Positions 37,303 to 47,900 of a stretch of DNA of 64,000 nt are shown here, in pieces. Below the pieces are notes generated by a model that searched no databases, was not told the origin of the DNA, and saw nothing but the letters and a program-made list of their open reading frames with translations. A program made the translations under genes and the position numbers. The stretch is from Candidatus Kapaibacterium sp. (lineage in GTDB: Bacteria > Bacteroidota > Ignavibacteria > Kapaibacteriales > UBA2268): NCBI GenBank assembly GCA_963664875.1, contig OY761611.1:1568001-1632000 (forward strand), in the 5' to 3' direction. How positions within the stretch are numbered: position 1 is the first letter of the stretch; every line of letters starts with the position of its first letter.

Positions 37303-38181
37303 ATGAAAACGGTTTACGAAACTAACTTTCCCGACATAAAGCTGCTACGAAAAGGCAAAGTAAGAGAAGTTTACGAAGTTGAGGATTTTATACTTTTTGT
37401 AGCTTCAGACAGAATCTCTGCGTTTGATGTAATTATGAATGAACCTGTTCCCGGCAAAGGTGCATTGCTTTCTGCAATTTCAAAATTTTGGTTTGAAAAA
37501 ACAACAGGTATAATTCCTAATCATTTCATTTCTGATGATGTAAACGAATACCCTGAAGTTTGCAAGCAATATGCTGAAGACTTGGAAGGCAGATCTATGC
37601 TTGTTAAAAAAGCAAAACCACTACCTGTAGAATTTGTTGTCAGAGGCTACGTCGCAGGCTCAGGATGGAAAGAATATCAGCAAACAGGAGAAATTACCGG
37701 AATTAAGCTCCCAGAAGGATTGAAAAAATACAGTAAATTGCCTGAGCCAATTTTCACACCTGCCACAAAAGCAGAAGAAGGACATGATGAAAACATCAAT
37801 TTTGAGCAATGTTCTGAAATTCTGGGTGAAGAGATGGCTGCAAAGTTGAGAGATATATCTATCGCTTTGTATAATTTCGGAGCTGAGTATTTAGATAGCA
37901 AAGGAATTATTCTTTGTGACACAAAATTTGAGTTTGGTCAGTTGGAAGACGGTAGTCTTATTTTGATTGATGAAGCACTAACTCCTGACTCTTCAAGATT
38001 TTGGCTTAAATCAGAATGGGAGCCCGGAAAAGAAGTAGTAAACTTTGACAAACAAGTTCTAAGAGACTATCTGGAAACTTTGGACTGGGACAAACAGCCC
38101 CCAGCACCTGCATTGCCACAAGAGATAATCGACAAAGCTCTATCTAAGTATAAGCTGGCTTACGACAAGATAGTAGGTTAG
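37303..38181 (+). CDS. purC: SAICAR synthetase
   Basis: GKVREVY, SDRISAFD, VRGYVAGSGW, DTKFEFG, DEALTPDSSRFW. Confidence 0.97.
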   Translation: MKTVYETNFPDIKLLRKGKVREVYEVEDFILFVASDRISAFDVIMNEPVPGKGALLSAISKFWFEKTTGIIPNHFISDDVNEYPEVCKQYAEDLEGRSMLVKKAKPLPVEFVVRGYVAGSGWKEYQQTGEITGIKLPEGLKKYSKLPEPIFTPATKAEEGHDENINFEQCSEILGEEMAAKLRDISIALYNFGAEYLDSKGIILCDTKFEFGQLEDGSLILIDEALTPDSSRFWLKSEWEPGKEVVNFDKQVLRDYLETLDWDKQPPAPALPQEIIDKALSKYKLAYDKIVG

Positions 38182-38205
38182 TCGAACATTACATACAGAA
38201 ATAAA

Positions 38206-38246
38206 CGAAGAGGGCAGAATATAACATATTTTGCCCTTTCATTTTT
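38206..38246. terminator. Terminator between convergent purC and the recombinase-like gene
   Basis: AGGGCAGAATAT...ATATTTTGCCCT stem followed by a T tract. Confidence 0.65.
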
Positions 38247-38271
38247 AGATTACTCATAATTTGAAACTTCG

Positions 38272-39186
38272 CTATATATCGTAGTTCGCAGCAATTTCTT
38301 TGTATTTGATAGCCAATCTGTCAGTTTTGAGACCGAAGCGCTTCATGATTGCCTCAGTTGATCTGTACTTTGTAGCAAATATGACAGCCGAAGTATGCTT
38401 GATTATACTTGGTGTCAAATCGCTATGATTTCTCAAAAGTACTTTCTTGTCACTTAAGATGGTATCAATAATCAATCTCACAGCACGATCAGACAGACGT
38501 CTGAAAGCCGTACGGTTGCTGTAACTCAAAAACAAAGGAAGTTCCTCAGTGCCGGGCAGCAATCTTAATCTTAAATACTGCTCAAAAAGATCATTATACT
38601 TGACATCAAAACTCATTTTTTTGAGTGAAATATCAGGCAGACTGTCATATTTCAAGTACCATTTTTGCCTAAATTTATAAAAATCCGGAACATTTAGAGC
38701 AGTAATTTCATCTGCCCTGACAGAACCGAAAAGCATAATAGCCAAAAGCGTATAATCACGCAAATGGTAGGCATCATTATAATTTATACCTGAAAATATA
38801 AGATCAATATCTGACGGAGTAAGATATGTGATTTCTTTTTGGCTGTAGTCGTTTGCACACTGCACCCTTTTTGCAGGGTTTTTATCTAAAACCCCTTTGC
38901 TAATCAGAAAGTTGAAAAACTGTCTGATCGAAGTAAAATAAGACCTTACCGATAACGAACGGAGCTGTTTCTCCTCTTCCAAATAAGACTTATACCTTAC
39001 AACATCTTCTACTCGGAAAAAGAAGCTGTTATTTCTGGCAAAAAAGGTAGAAAATTCTTTTAATAATCTTTTATAAGTAATTTTCGTATCTTCGCTACCA
39101 TAGTTATAAGTATTTAGGAACTCGTCGATATATCGGGAAAGTTCTTCCTGCGATATTTCTATCTTTTCAAAACTATCCTGGATCAT
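38272..39186 (-). CDS. XerC/XerD-like tyrosine recombinase-fold protein with degenerate catalytic motifs
   Basis: SAM-like N-domain (SEDTKITY, SIRQFFNFL, NPAKRV), LRDYTLL...SVRADE box I, box II reads TPSIIKHT...RFGL...KY. Confidence 0.8.
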   Translation of the reverse strand: MIQDSFEKIEISQEELSRYIDEFLNTYNYGSEDTKITYKRLLKEFSTFFARNNSFFFRVEDVVRYKSYLEEEKQLRSLSVRSYFTSIRQFFNFLISKGVLDKNPAKRVQCANDYSQKEITYLTPSDIDLIFSGINYNDAYHLRDYTLLAIMLFGSVRADEITALNVPDFYKFRQKWYLKYDSLPDISLKKMSFDVKYNDLFEQYLRLRLLPGTEELPLFLSYSNRTAFRRLSDRAVRLIIDTILSDKKVLLRNHSDLTPSIIKHTSAVIFATKYRSTEAIMKRFGLKTDRLAIKYKEIAANYDI

Positions 39187-39325
39187 AAGAAATAATGAAC
39201 GATTGTTATACGTTGTTGACTTTTCAAAAATAGCAAATCTAAGTTCAATATAAAAATTAAATTTGCAAAAAGTACTAAAAAAAATAAGATACTACAGATT
39301 ATAAAGAGTAAATAATTTAAATACT

Positions 39326-40750
39326 ATGAGTAAAAACCGAACCAATACAGAAATCACATTAGAAATAAGTGCTTTAGGCTTCGAAGGCGGAGCGATAGCA
39401 AAAAAGGACGACATGGTTTATTTTGTCAAAGGTGCAGTACCCGGAGATAAAGTTAACGCCATAATAACAAAAAAAAAGAAAAACTTCCGTGAAGCCTTTA
39501 CAAAAGAAATCATAGAATATTCAGCTGACAGAGTAGAACCAAAATGCGAACATTTTGGGGTATGCGGTGGTTGCAAATGGCAGCAGCTCAATTACGAAAA
39601 GCAACTCTACTGGAAGAGACAGCACGTCAAAGATGCGTTTGAAAGAATAGCCAAAGTAGAATATGGAACTCTATGCGAGACGATGCCCTCCCCTAATATA
39701 TTTAATTACAGAAACAAAATGGAATTCTCGTTTGGTGGTTCTCGCTGGGTAACTGACGAAGAGATAGCAAACAATACTGAAATAGCTCACAAAGATTTTG
39801 GGCTTGGTCTGCATATCCCGGGAAGGTTTGACAAAATACTGGATGTAAACAGGTGCCACCTTCAGGTAGATTCTGCGAATGAAATCCTTACTTTATGCAG
39901 GAATAAAGCTTTAGAACTGGGAGTGCCTGCATACAATCAGAAAACACACGAAGGATTCCTTCGCAACCTCATGATTCGCTCGACTTTGGCAAATAGTGAG
40001 ATATTGGCATTACTTATCACTAATACACCAAAAAACGAAGCAGAAGAAAACTACCTCAAATGGTTTTCCAATGATTTGATTAGCTTAGCTCCTCAGCTTA
40101 CCAATCTCGGCACTGCTATCAATGATACAAAATCACCTGTAACAATAAAAAGTATTAAGTTTTATCACGGGAAAGACTACATTTCCGAAAATATTCTGGG
40201 CGTTGAATATCAGATTTCACCAACATCCTTTTTCCAAACCAACTCGTTCCATTTAGATGGCTTTATAGGTGAGATTATAGATTATGCCGGGGATATATCG
40301 GAAAAAGTAGTTTGGGATTTGTATTGCGGCACCGGCTCAATCACTCTTCCTACAGCCAAAAGATGCAAAGAGATATATGGAATAGAACTTGTAGAAAGTT
40401 CGATTACTGATGCAAAAGCAAATGCTGAAAGAAATCAAATAAGCAATGCAGAGTTTTTCTGTGCTGATTTACATCTGAAAGAGACACCCGAGCTATTAGA
40501 AAAGCTACCGAGCCCCGATGTAATAATAATTGATCCGCCAAGAGCCGGAATGCACAAAAATCTGATACCTCACATCTTACAGGCAAATGCCAAAACAATC
40601 GTCTATGTGAGTTGCAATCCGGCAACGCAGGCAAGGGATTGTGAATTACTATCAGAGAAGTATGAGGTAAGAAAAGTGCAACCTGTAGATATGTTTCCTC
40701 ATACCTATCATGTAGAATCAATAGCATTACTGGAAAGAAAGGAAGGATGA
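39326..40750 (+). CDS. rlmD: 23S rRNA (uracil-5-)-methyltransferase RlmD/RumA family
   Basis: TRAM domain, CEHFGVCGGC, SFFQTN, DLYCGTG, DPPRAG, YVSCNP, DMFPHTYHVE. Confidence 0.95.
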   Translation: MSKNRTNTEITLEISALGFEGGAIAKKDDMVYFVKGAVPGDKVNAIITKKKKNFREAFTKEIIEYSADRVEPKCEHFGVCGGCKWQQLNYEKQLYWKRQHVKDAFERIAKVEYGTLCETMPSPNIFNYRNKMEFSFGGSRWVTDEEIANNTEIAHKDFGLGLHIPGRFDKILDVNRCHLQVDSANEILTLCRNKALELGVPAYNQKTHEGFLRNLMIRSTLANSEILALLITNTPKNEAEENYLKWFSNDLISLAPQLTNLGTAINDTKSPVTIKSIKFYHGKDYISENILGVEYQISPTSFFQTNSFHLDGFIGEIIDYAGDISEKVVWDLYCGTGSITLPTAKRCKEIYGIELVESSITDAKANAERNQISNAEFFCADLHLKETPELLEKLPSPDVIIIDPPRAGMHKNLIPHILQANAKTIVYVSCNPATQARDCELLSEKYEVRKVQPVDMFPHTYHVESIALLERKEG

Positions 40751-40754
40751 TAAA

Positions 40755-41405
40755 TTGAAATATAATATTTCTGAAATATTTTATTCTGTGCAGGGCGAAG
40801 GCAGCAGAGCCGGTCGCCCTTGTGTATTTCTAAGGTTGCAGGGATGCGACTTGCGTTGCTCTTGGTGCGACACTCCATACGCTTTGGAAATCAAAGAAAC
40901 TGCCACTCTGATGAGTTTAGAAGAAATACTTGGGGCTATAGCAAAATTCGATTGCAACCTTATAAATATCACCGGCGGTGAACCTTTAATCCACAAAAAC
41001 ATAAATATAATAATAGATGCTCTTCTTGCAAGAGATTTCGAAGTTACAATCGAAACTAATGGACATGCTGATATATCTATAGCAAATGATGCAATCAGAA
41101 TAATGGATTTGAAGTGTCCCGATTCCGGAATGTCAAAATTCAATAATTTCAAAAATATAGATTATATTAGTAAAAAAGATGAAATCAAATTTGTTGTAGC
41201 TTCTAAAGCAGATTTCGACTGGGCAATGAAAATAATCGGGGACTACAATCTTGAAAGCAAAGCCGGTGATATTTTTATTTCACCCGTATTTGGTAAAATT
41301 GATTTGGAAGAGCTGGCTAATCTGGTAATTCATTCGGGCAAGAGAATACGAATGCAGCTTCAGATGCACAAGTTTATTTGGGATCCCGACAAACGTGGTG
41401 TATAA
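40755..41405 (+). CDS. queE: 7-carboxy-7-deazaguanine synthase
   Basis: EIFYSVQGEG, GCDLRCSWCDT, TGGEPL, ETNG, QMHK. Confidence 0.92.
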   Translation: MKYNISEIFYSVQGEGSRAGRPCVFLRLQGCDLRCSWCDTPYALEIKETATLMSLEEILGAIAKFDCNLINITGGEPLIHKNINIIIDALLARDFEVTIETNGHADISIANDAIRIMDLKCPDSGMSKFNNFKNIDYISKKDEIKFVVASKADFDWAMKIIGDYNLESKAGDIFISPVFGKIDLEELANLVIHSGKRIRMQLQMHKFIWDPDKRGV

Positions 41406-41425
41406 TTATATCCTCAGGTGTTTCT

Positions 41426-43486
41426 TTGGAAAAGCAAAATATAATAATAGGTCAAGATGATAATCTCGCTATTGTCAGAAAGGCAATTAGAAACGTAAAA
41501 AAAGGAAATGGCGGTATAATAGGCATTGCCGGCGAACCCGGAGTAGGCAAAAGCTATTTCCTTAATAACCTTATCGAAAATCTACATAGCGATATAGAAC
41601 TTGATTTTGTAATTGTTGACTGCCAGGCACCAATAGGCAATTTCAATGTTGCAAACATCAAACCTCTTGATCCATTTAGCCGTGCTATACACCATATACT
41701 CAACAAATCGAATCTCACTGCTCAGCAGCGATTTAGTAAAAACGTAGCGTTAACTCTTTTTTCTGCAGTTCCTTTTATCGGTGATGCATTTTATGCTGTG
41801 AAAGAGCTCGGAAGAGATTGGAGGCAATATAAACGGGAAAAATCCTCGGAGAACAAAGGAAAAGCCAAAAATGTTACTGCTGATTACTATGATTCTCTAA
41901 TGTCTTTGTCTGATAAGAAAAAGATGGTAATCCTTTTTGACGATTTTCACTGGGCAGACCCTCAATCAGTCGAGCTTATGAATATTCTTATTGATGACAT
42001 TACTGATTTGCCGATTTTGATAGCATTCAACTTTTCTCAGAGTGTAGTCGAAAATCAGACTTTGCCGCTTGGTTCCTTCCTAAATAATGTTTCAGAGAAA
42101 GAGAGCTACAAAGAGCTTACTCTCGAAGCATTTGATTTGGATCAAATCAGCATGTACTGTTCAAAAGCGTTAGATTATTATATCCCTAATCCTGAGTTTG
42201 AGCAGTGGATTTTAGAGAAATCTTTCGGGGTGCAGGGAGTTGTCGCCGAATATATACGATATTTCAAACAGTACCCTCCATTTGATGCCCAAGGCAATTT
42301 GGTAACAAATTTTGAAGATAATGAATATCTACCTTCTTCCCTTCAGGTACTTTTTGCCCGGGGCTTAGATGACATGAGCGAAGAAGACAAAAATATATTT
42401 GCTATATGCAGTGCAGAAGGAAAAACGTTTACTGCTGCAGTTGTTTCGCAACTTTTAAATAAAGACGTTTTGAGCACTATCAAAAAGCTCAGAATCCTGC
42501 AAAAGACAGGCATAATTAAAAGTATGGGCCCCAAGGTTCGATACGGCATAAAAACAACATGTTACCGATTTACACAAGCTTTTTACCATACTTATTTCGA
42601 GCAGACTCTCGAATACGAAGAATATGTAGCTCTACATGGTCAAATTGCTGCGTTTTTGAAACAAAAGTTTGAAGAAACTGATAATGCTATGCTGAAAGAG
42701 GAAATTGCTCCATATCTTGCTGCTCATAGTGCAGAAGCTGAAGACAAAGACACAGCAAAAGATATGCTCATACAATCCGCTAAAGCTGCCGAAAAATACG
42801 GCAACGACGATGTCATCAATGCTGCTCTTACGAGATTAAAAGGACTGGGACAGCTTAGCACTACAGATTTGGAAAAGCTCTCTGCAAATGACAAGATTGC
42901 AGAGCTTGCAGGCATAGAAAAAGACTTCGAAGGTGGAGTTATTACTGTTAGCTCCGATTTTTCGAACCAAGAGCGACCTGAGGATTTTTATACTATTCGC
43001 AAAGTGCTTGTGCAGCTGTATCACTCCGAGAAATATTCAAAACTAGTATTGACTGCCGGTAGCTATTTGGACAGGTTTGCCGATGAGTTACGACTCTCTG
43101 AAAAAATACAGATAAACGCAATGATAGCTAAAGCCTATATAGAAGAAGGAAATAATTCGGAAGCGGAAGATTATGTTCGCAACGCTCTGGATCTGGCAGA
43201 AAAGTCCGGCGATCCGCAATCAGAATGTATTGCTCTAAATATCAACGGTGTTTACCTGTTTTCTGTGGGTAAAATAAGAGAAGGGCAGAATGTTATGGAA
43301 AAAGCAGCTAAGTTGTCGTTGGATCTTCCGCCGGAGCTACGATTGCTTACACTAACTAACATTGCATTGAGTATGAAAAATATTGCTCCGGAAATCGCCG
43401 GAAAATACTACAACGCAGCACGAAAATTAGCATCTAACTTGAATTTTCAGGATTTTGCGAACGATATGCTCGGTGGTTATAATTGA
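41426..43486 (+). CDS. STAND-like P-loop ATPase (AAA_16-type) with C-terminal TPR-like helices
   Basis: Walker A GEPGVGKS, Walker B LFDDFHWAD, SAEGKTF, YRFTQA, LHGQIA; likely TTG start at 41426. Confidence 0.8.
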   Translation: MEKQNIIIGQDDNLAIVRKAIRNVKKGNGGIIGIAGEPGVGKSYFLNNLIENLHSDIELDFVIVDCQAPIGNFNVANIKPLDPFSRAIHHILNKSNLTAQQRFSKNVALTLFSAVPFIGDAFYAVKELGRDWRQYKREKSSENKGKAKNVTADYYDSLMSLSDKKKMVILFDDFHWADPQSVELMNILIDDITDLPILIAFNFSQSVVENQTLPLGSFLNNVSEKESYKELTLEAFDLDQISMYCSKALDYYIPNPEFEQWILEKSFGVQGVVAEYIRYFKQYPPFDAQGNLVTNFEDNEYLPSSLQVLFARGLDDMSEEDKNIFAICSAEGKTFTAAVVSQLLNKDVLSTIKKLRILQKTGIIKSMGPKVRYGIKTTCYRFTQAFYHTYFEQTLEYEEYVALHGQIAAFLKQKFEETDNAMLKEEIAPYLAAHSAEAEDKDTAKDMLIQSAKAAEKYGNDDVINAALTRLKGLGQLSTTDLEKLSANDKIAELAGIEKDFEGGVITVSSDFSNQERPEDFYTIRKVLVQLYHSEKYSKLVLTAGSYLDRFADELRLSEKIQINAMIAKAYIEEGNNSEAEDYVRNALDLAEKSGDPQSECIALNINGVYLFSVGKIREGQNVMEKAAKLSLDLPPELRLLTLTNIALSMKNIAPEIAGKYYNAARKLASNLNFQDFANDMLGGYN

Positions 43487-43621
43487 TATAACTTTTTTAT
43501 AGTTCTAATATTTATTAAATTTGTAGTCGTTTAGAGTGTATCTTTTGTAAAAGATCTGCGTAAAGTATTAGATACTCTTCCCGAATTAATCTGATAAAAA
43601 CCATAAAATAGGATAATAGAA

Positions 43622-44386
43622 TTGAATAAGTACACTTCACTTTCAGTATTTATTTTTGCAGTAATGCTTATGATGTCATGCGGCAGTGTTGACAAAAAAG
43701 ATAGAGTGCAAACTGCGGAAGATGCTTTCAAAAGAGGAATGGAGTATTTCGACGATGAAGACTGGATAGAAGCAAAGGCGATGTTCGACGTTGTAAGGTT
43801 GCAGTATCCTACCAGCGAATATGCAGACGATGCTCAATACTATCTTGCAAGAGTTAGCGAAGAGCGAGGCGAATTTATCATGGCTGCTTTCAACTACAAC
43901 AGGATAAGAAAACTTTACCCTGCCAGCGATTTCGCAAAAGATGCTCTTTTTAAAGCTGCTGACAGCTATTACAAAATTTCTCCTCATTTTGAAAGAGATC
44001 AGGAATATACTGTCAAAGCGATTGAATCATTTCAGGAGTTTCAATATCTTTACCCTGATAAAGATAGTTTATTTAGCGTAGCATCAGAGAAAATTTCTGA
44101 ACTAAGAACTAAATTAGCTCATCGCGAGTACTTTACTGCTACTCTTTATAGAAAATTGAATGCTCCTCTTGCTGCGAAAATCTATTTTGACAGAGTAATA
44201 AATGACTATGATGATACTGAATATTACGAACCGGCATATTTTGAAAAAATTGAAGTGCTTTTTGAAATGGAAAAATATGACGAAGTAATCTCTTTAGGTC
44301 AACTTTATCTTAGATTATTCAATAAAGAATCTAACAAAGAAAGAGTGGAAGAGCTCACTAAACGTGCTGCAGAACTGAAAAAATAG
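43622..44386 (+). CDS. bamD: Outer membrane protein assembly lipoprotein BamD
   Basis: Lipobox MSC, YPTSEYADDAQY, RDQEYTVKAI...FQ, KLAHREY TPR pattern. Confidence 0.9.
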   Translation: MNKYTSLSVFIFAVMLMMSCGSVDKKDRVQTAEDAFKRGMEYFDDEDWIEAKAMFDVVRLQYPTSEYADDAQYYLARVSEERGEFIMAAFNYNRIRKLYPASDFAKDALFKAADSYYKISPHFERDQEYTVKAIESFQEFQYLYPDKDSLFSVASEKISELRTKLAHREYFTATLYRKLNAPLAAKIYFDRVINDYDDTEYYEPAYFEKIEVLFEMEKYDEVISLGQLYLRLFNKESNKERVEELTKRAAELKK

Positions 44387-44456
44387 CAAAATTTGATATG
44401 ACTTATACATAGGTTGATTGGCTGAAGGTAGAATTTCTCTCCACCAATCAACTTTT

Positions 44457-44867
44457 TTATAAAACTCCGATTTCTTTAAGATATATAGCAAATTTCTTAT
44501 CATGCGTTTTAAGATGAGAATACCACCAATTGATGAGATAAGCATTTAATTCGATAGAAAGATGCATCGTAGAACCAAAGACCTTAGATTTCTCCTCAAT
44601 TTCTTCAATTTTATCTGTAAAAAGTTTATGTTCATCTAAATGCTCATCAGCATAAGGATAATTAAACTGACGAAAATACTCAGCTTCAGTCTCGAAATGC
44701 TCAACTGCATATTGTTTAAGATAGCTTAACGCAACACCGAAACTATCCTCGTCATTGATTTCCTCCACATTCCCTACCAATTCATTTATTCTAAGAAATA
44801 ATGCTTTGTGCTGGTTATCTATCCTTTTTATTCCGGTAAGAATATCGTCATCCCACTTTAGTATCAT
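44457..44867 (-). CDS. Bacteriohemerythrin
   Basis: W..TGIKRIDNQH, HFETE, HLDEH, HLKTHD iron ligands; start MILKW at 44867. Confidence 0.9.
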   Translation of the reverse strand: MILKWDDDILTGIKRIDNQHKALFLRINELVGNVEEINDEDSFGVALSYLKQYAVEHFETEAEYFRQFNYPYADEHLDEHKLFTDKIEEIEEKSKVFGSTMHLSIELNAYLINWWYSHLKTHDKKFAIYLKEIGVL

Positions 44868-44931
44868 TTTGTCCTCAAGATTAGCTAAATTATTATATGA
44901 CAAAACGTAAATATTATAAAATAAGTGCATA

Positions 44932-44972
44932 AAAAAAAGGACAGCCTCTATTTTTTTATAAAGACTGCCCTT
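44932..44972 (-). terminator. Putative terminator
   Basis: AAGGGACAGCCT...AGACTGCCCTT imperfect stem with a minus-strand U tract. Confidence 0.5.
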
Positions 44973-44993
44973 AAAGTAAATTAGTTATCTTTC

Positions 44994-47900
44994 TTATTTA
45001 TTTACAATAAATTCTTTTGTAAATGAAACCTTTTCGCTTTCTATTCTGATGTAATATGTGCCATTGGCAAAATTATTTAGATTAAGTGTTTTCTCGAAAT
45101 TGCCATCAAGGCTAATTGATTCTGAAAGCATTGTAGCCCCATTCAAATCAGAAATTTCCATTTTTGCATTACCCAATATTTCAGATATCCTCAATGTAAC
45201 TTCTTCCTTAGCTGGAATTGGAGACAATTGAAGAAGAGCCTGCAAATTAGCTTCTTTTACATAAGAGATATCTCCCGTTCTGAATGAGTAATGTATGCCT
45301 GCACCAAAATCAGGATTAAATACTTTCAACAAAGTACCCTCGATAGATTTGATAGCAAGTGTACCATTACCTTGAGCAGGATATGCCCAATAGCTCAAAC
45401 CATACTGAGCCTGATCGTTCACTTCTAAAGTCAAACAAGCATTATTTACAGTTATTGTATCGCGATAGTAAGTGTTTGCTTTCATAGAGTTGTAGTTGCG
45501 TTTAACTAATACATCGCCATCTATATCTGATATGATATAATTAAAATGCTCAGGTCTTGCATTTGTTTTAAGCTCAACTATCACTTTTTTATTGTAAAAG
45601 TCAGGTAACTCGAATGTTGTTTCATAAGAGTCATTGTCTGCGTATTCATCTTGCTTACCGTTAGGTTCTGCCACAGTTACCATAAATTTATGCTGCTCGT
45701 CGCCTATCCAGAACGATGCGTCATCTACAGGAAGAGATATTATTTCTTTAGTGTGAGGCTTTACATTGCCTGTCCAGTTAAGAGTTTGGATGTTGTTATT
45801 GCCGGAAACATTATAGCTTATTTTCAACGAAGTCAGGTTTTCACTGCCGTTATTTCTGATTACTATAGTAGGGTCTGAGCAAATTGGATTCATCCTTGAA
45901 AATGCAGGCCAATTGTTTGGATTGTAAACGTCATAAATTTCTACATCATTTGCAAATGAGTTTTCGCCATATTCCACTACATGGAATGCCATTCTGTATT
46001 GACCGTTTGCCATACCCTGATTGTTTGCAGGTAAAGGAGTAATGGAATAATCAAGATTCAAGCTATTGTTCGATACGTATTGCGTCAATTCGAACTCATC
46101 TTCTCTTACCAAATCACCCGGACACCAACCTTCTCTTGCTCCAGGCCAAGTACCACCCTGAGGATACACAGGATTAAGAGCACAATCATCTCTCCATATT
46201 TTCCATGCAGCTATTTGATTGCCGTTTGAAAGCAAATAATGAGTATTCTCTTTCCACTCGCAGCAATGCGGATAATCGCCTGTATTAGAATTGTGTCCAT
46301 GGCCTGTTATTCTTGTTTTCATTTTCCATTGGCTTGCCTCCGGATTTAATGCTACGTCCGTAGCAGAAAGTTTAGAGTCGTCGCTTAGTGGACCATAAAG
46401 ATATTGAGCCTGAGTGCCCCATGGGCGTTTGATTGATTTTACCTGACGAGGTGGAGTGCCTTTGATAAATTCGAATCTAACATCAATCAATTCCTGTTGA
46501 TTACCTGCCTGCATATCAACTTCGCCTTTGAGAAGAGGAGCATAATCAGTTACGTCGTATATCCACGTAAAACCATCAGGTCCGAGATCAAGATTGATAC
46601 CATAAGGAGTAATAAATCTACCAATTTCCCAAACATCGATTTTTTCGAATGGTTCAGAATAATAGCTTACATTTTCATTAGTAATCGTATTTTCAGGGAC
46701 AACCATGGTGGAATCTTTTTTGTTGCCGTCTAAGTCATAAGAATATGTATAAATATCAGCAGGATAAACATACATGATGTTGTCAATTACAAACTTTTTG
46801 TTTTCTGCTTTGTACTCTACAATGGATATTTGTTTAACAGGTTCTTGAATAGTCTCGACATTGCCTTTAGTAGTGATATCATTATCACCCTGCACAAAAC
46901 CTGCAGCCGGCCTTACATCTAATTTGACTTCTTGATCTATAATTTCTGAATATGGATAAGGTGCAACGCTTGCTGGTCCTATTATAGTACCGTCATTACC
47001 TGCATCAGATTTATCTTCTATCACATAGTCATTAACAGACTCCATATCGTAATTCAATATCAAATTTGAATAATATGGATGTGAATTGTCAAGCGATTTG
47101 TTATACCAATCTTTGATAGTGTTGCCATCTACAGCTTTTGTCCAAACACGCACATCATCTAAGTCACCGTCAAAAGTATCTTCTCCGGTATATCGTGCAG
47201 CTACAGAGTAAGGAAAATCAATATCAATAGTTTTAGATGGAATATCTGTGCTATAATTCAGCGGACTTTCTTCACCGTTTACGTATAATTTTAATTTGTC
47301 CTGATTGGTAGCTCCTTTACCGTTGAAAACCATAGCGATATGCGTCCAAACGCCCTTCATTACTGCAGAATTATTGTAGCCATGCTCATTATTTCCGTTG
47401 CGCACCTGCAAATAGATTTCTCCGTTTGCATCACCAAGCTCTATAATGGTTTTAATTTCTTTACCCATTACTTTAGCCCAGTTTTTCCATTCATCTACTC
47501 TTATCCATGTTTCATAAGTAAATTCCTCAACAGCGTTAAGCTCTTCGTTAATATCTGTAACGATATAGTCGTTATTGCCGTCAAATGTCATTTTATTGTT
47601 GCGAATATCTCTGTGCAATACTTGTGTATTCGAGTTGCCATAAAACATAACATCTTCTTCCGAGCTGTCGTATTTGAGTTCAATAACAACACCTGTAGAG
47701 CCGGTCCAATAAAAAGGAGTCTGTAGATTTACATAATTCCAGCCATCGTTTGCTAAATCTATATCGCCTTCGTACAGTAAAATCATCATCGAAGATTGCA
47801 ATTCATCAAGAGACTCCTTGCTGTATTTTCTGATACTTATAGAGGCATTTTTTAGTTTGCCTTTGCCTGTGTGAAGTTTTAAAAGTTTTATCGCTTCAGC

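Noticed and set aside
27000-39186. Invertible promoters (phase variation) driven by the nearby tyrosine recombinase
   Set aside because: I found no inverted repeats flanking either promoter, and the recombinase motifs are degenerate.
38182-39325. Prophage or integrative element boundary at the recombinase
   Set aside because: No tRNA, att-like repeats or phage/ICE genes; both neighbours are housekeeping genes.
40755-43486. QueE-based deazaguanine DNA-modification or Qat-like defence locus
   Set aside because: No dpdA, queC, queD, folE or TatD genes adjacent; queE fits housekeeping queuosine synthesis.
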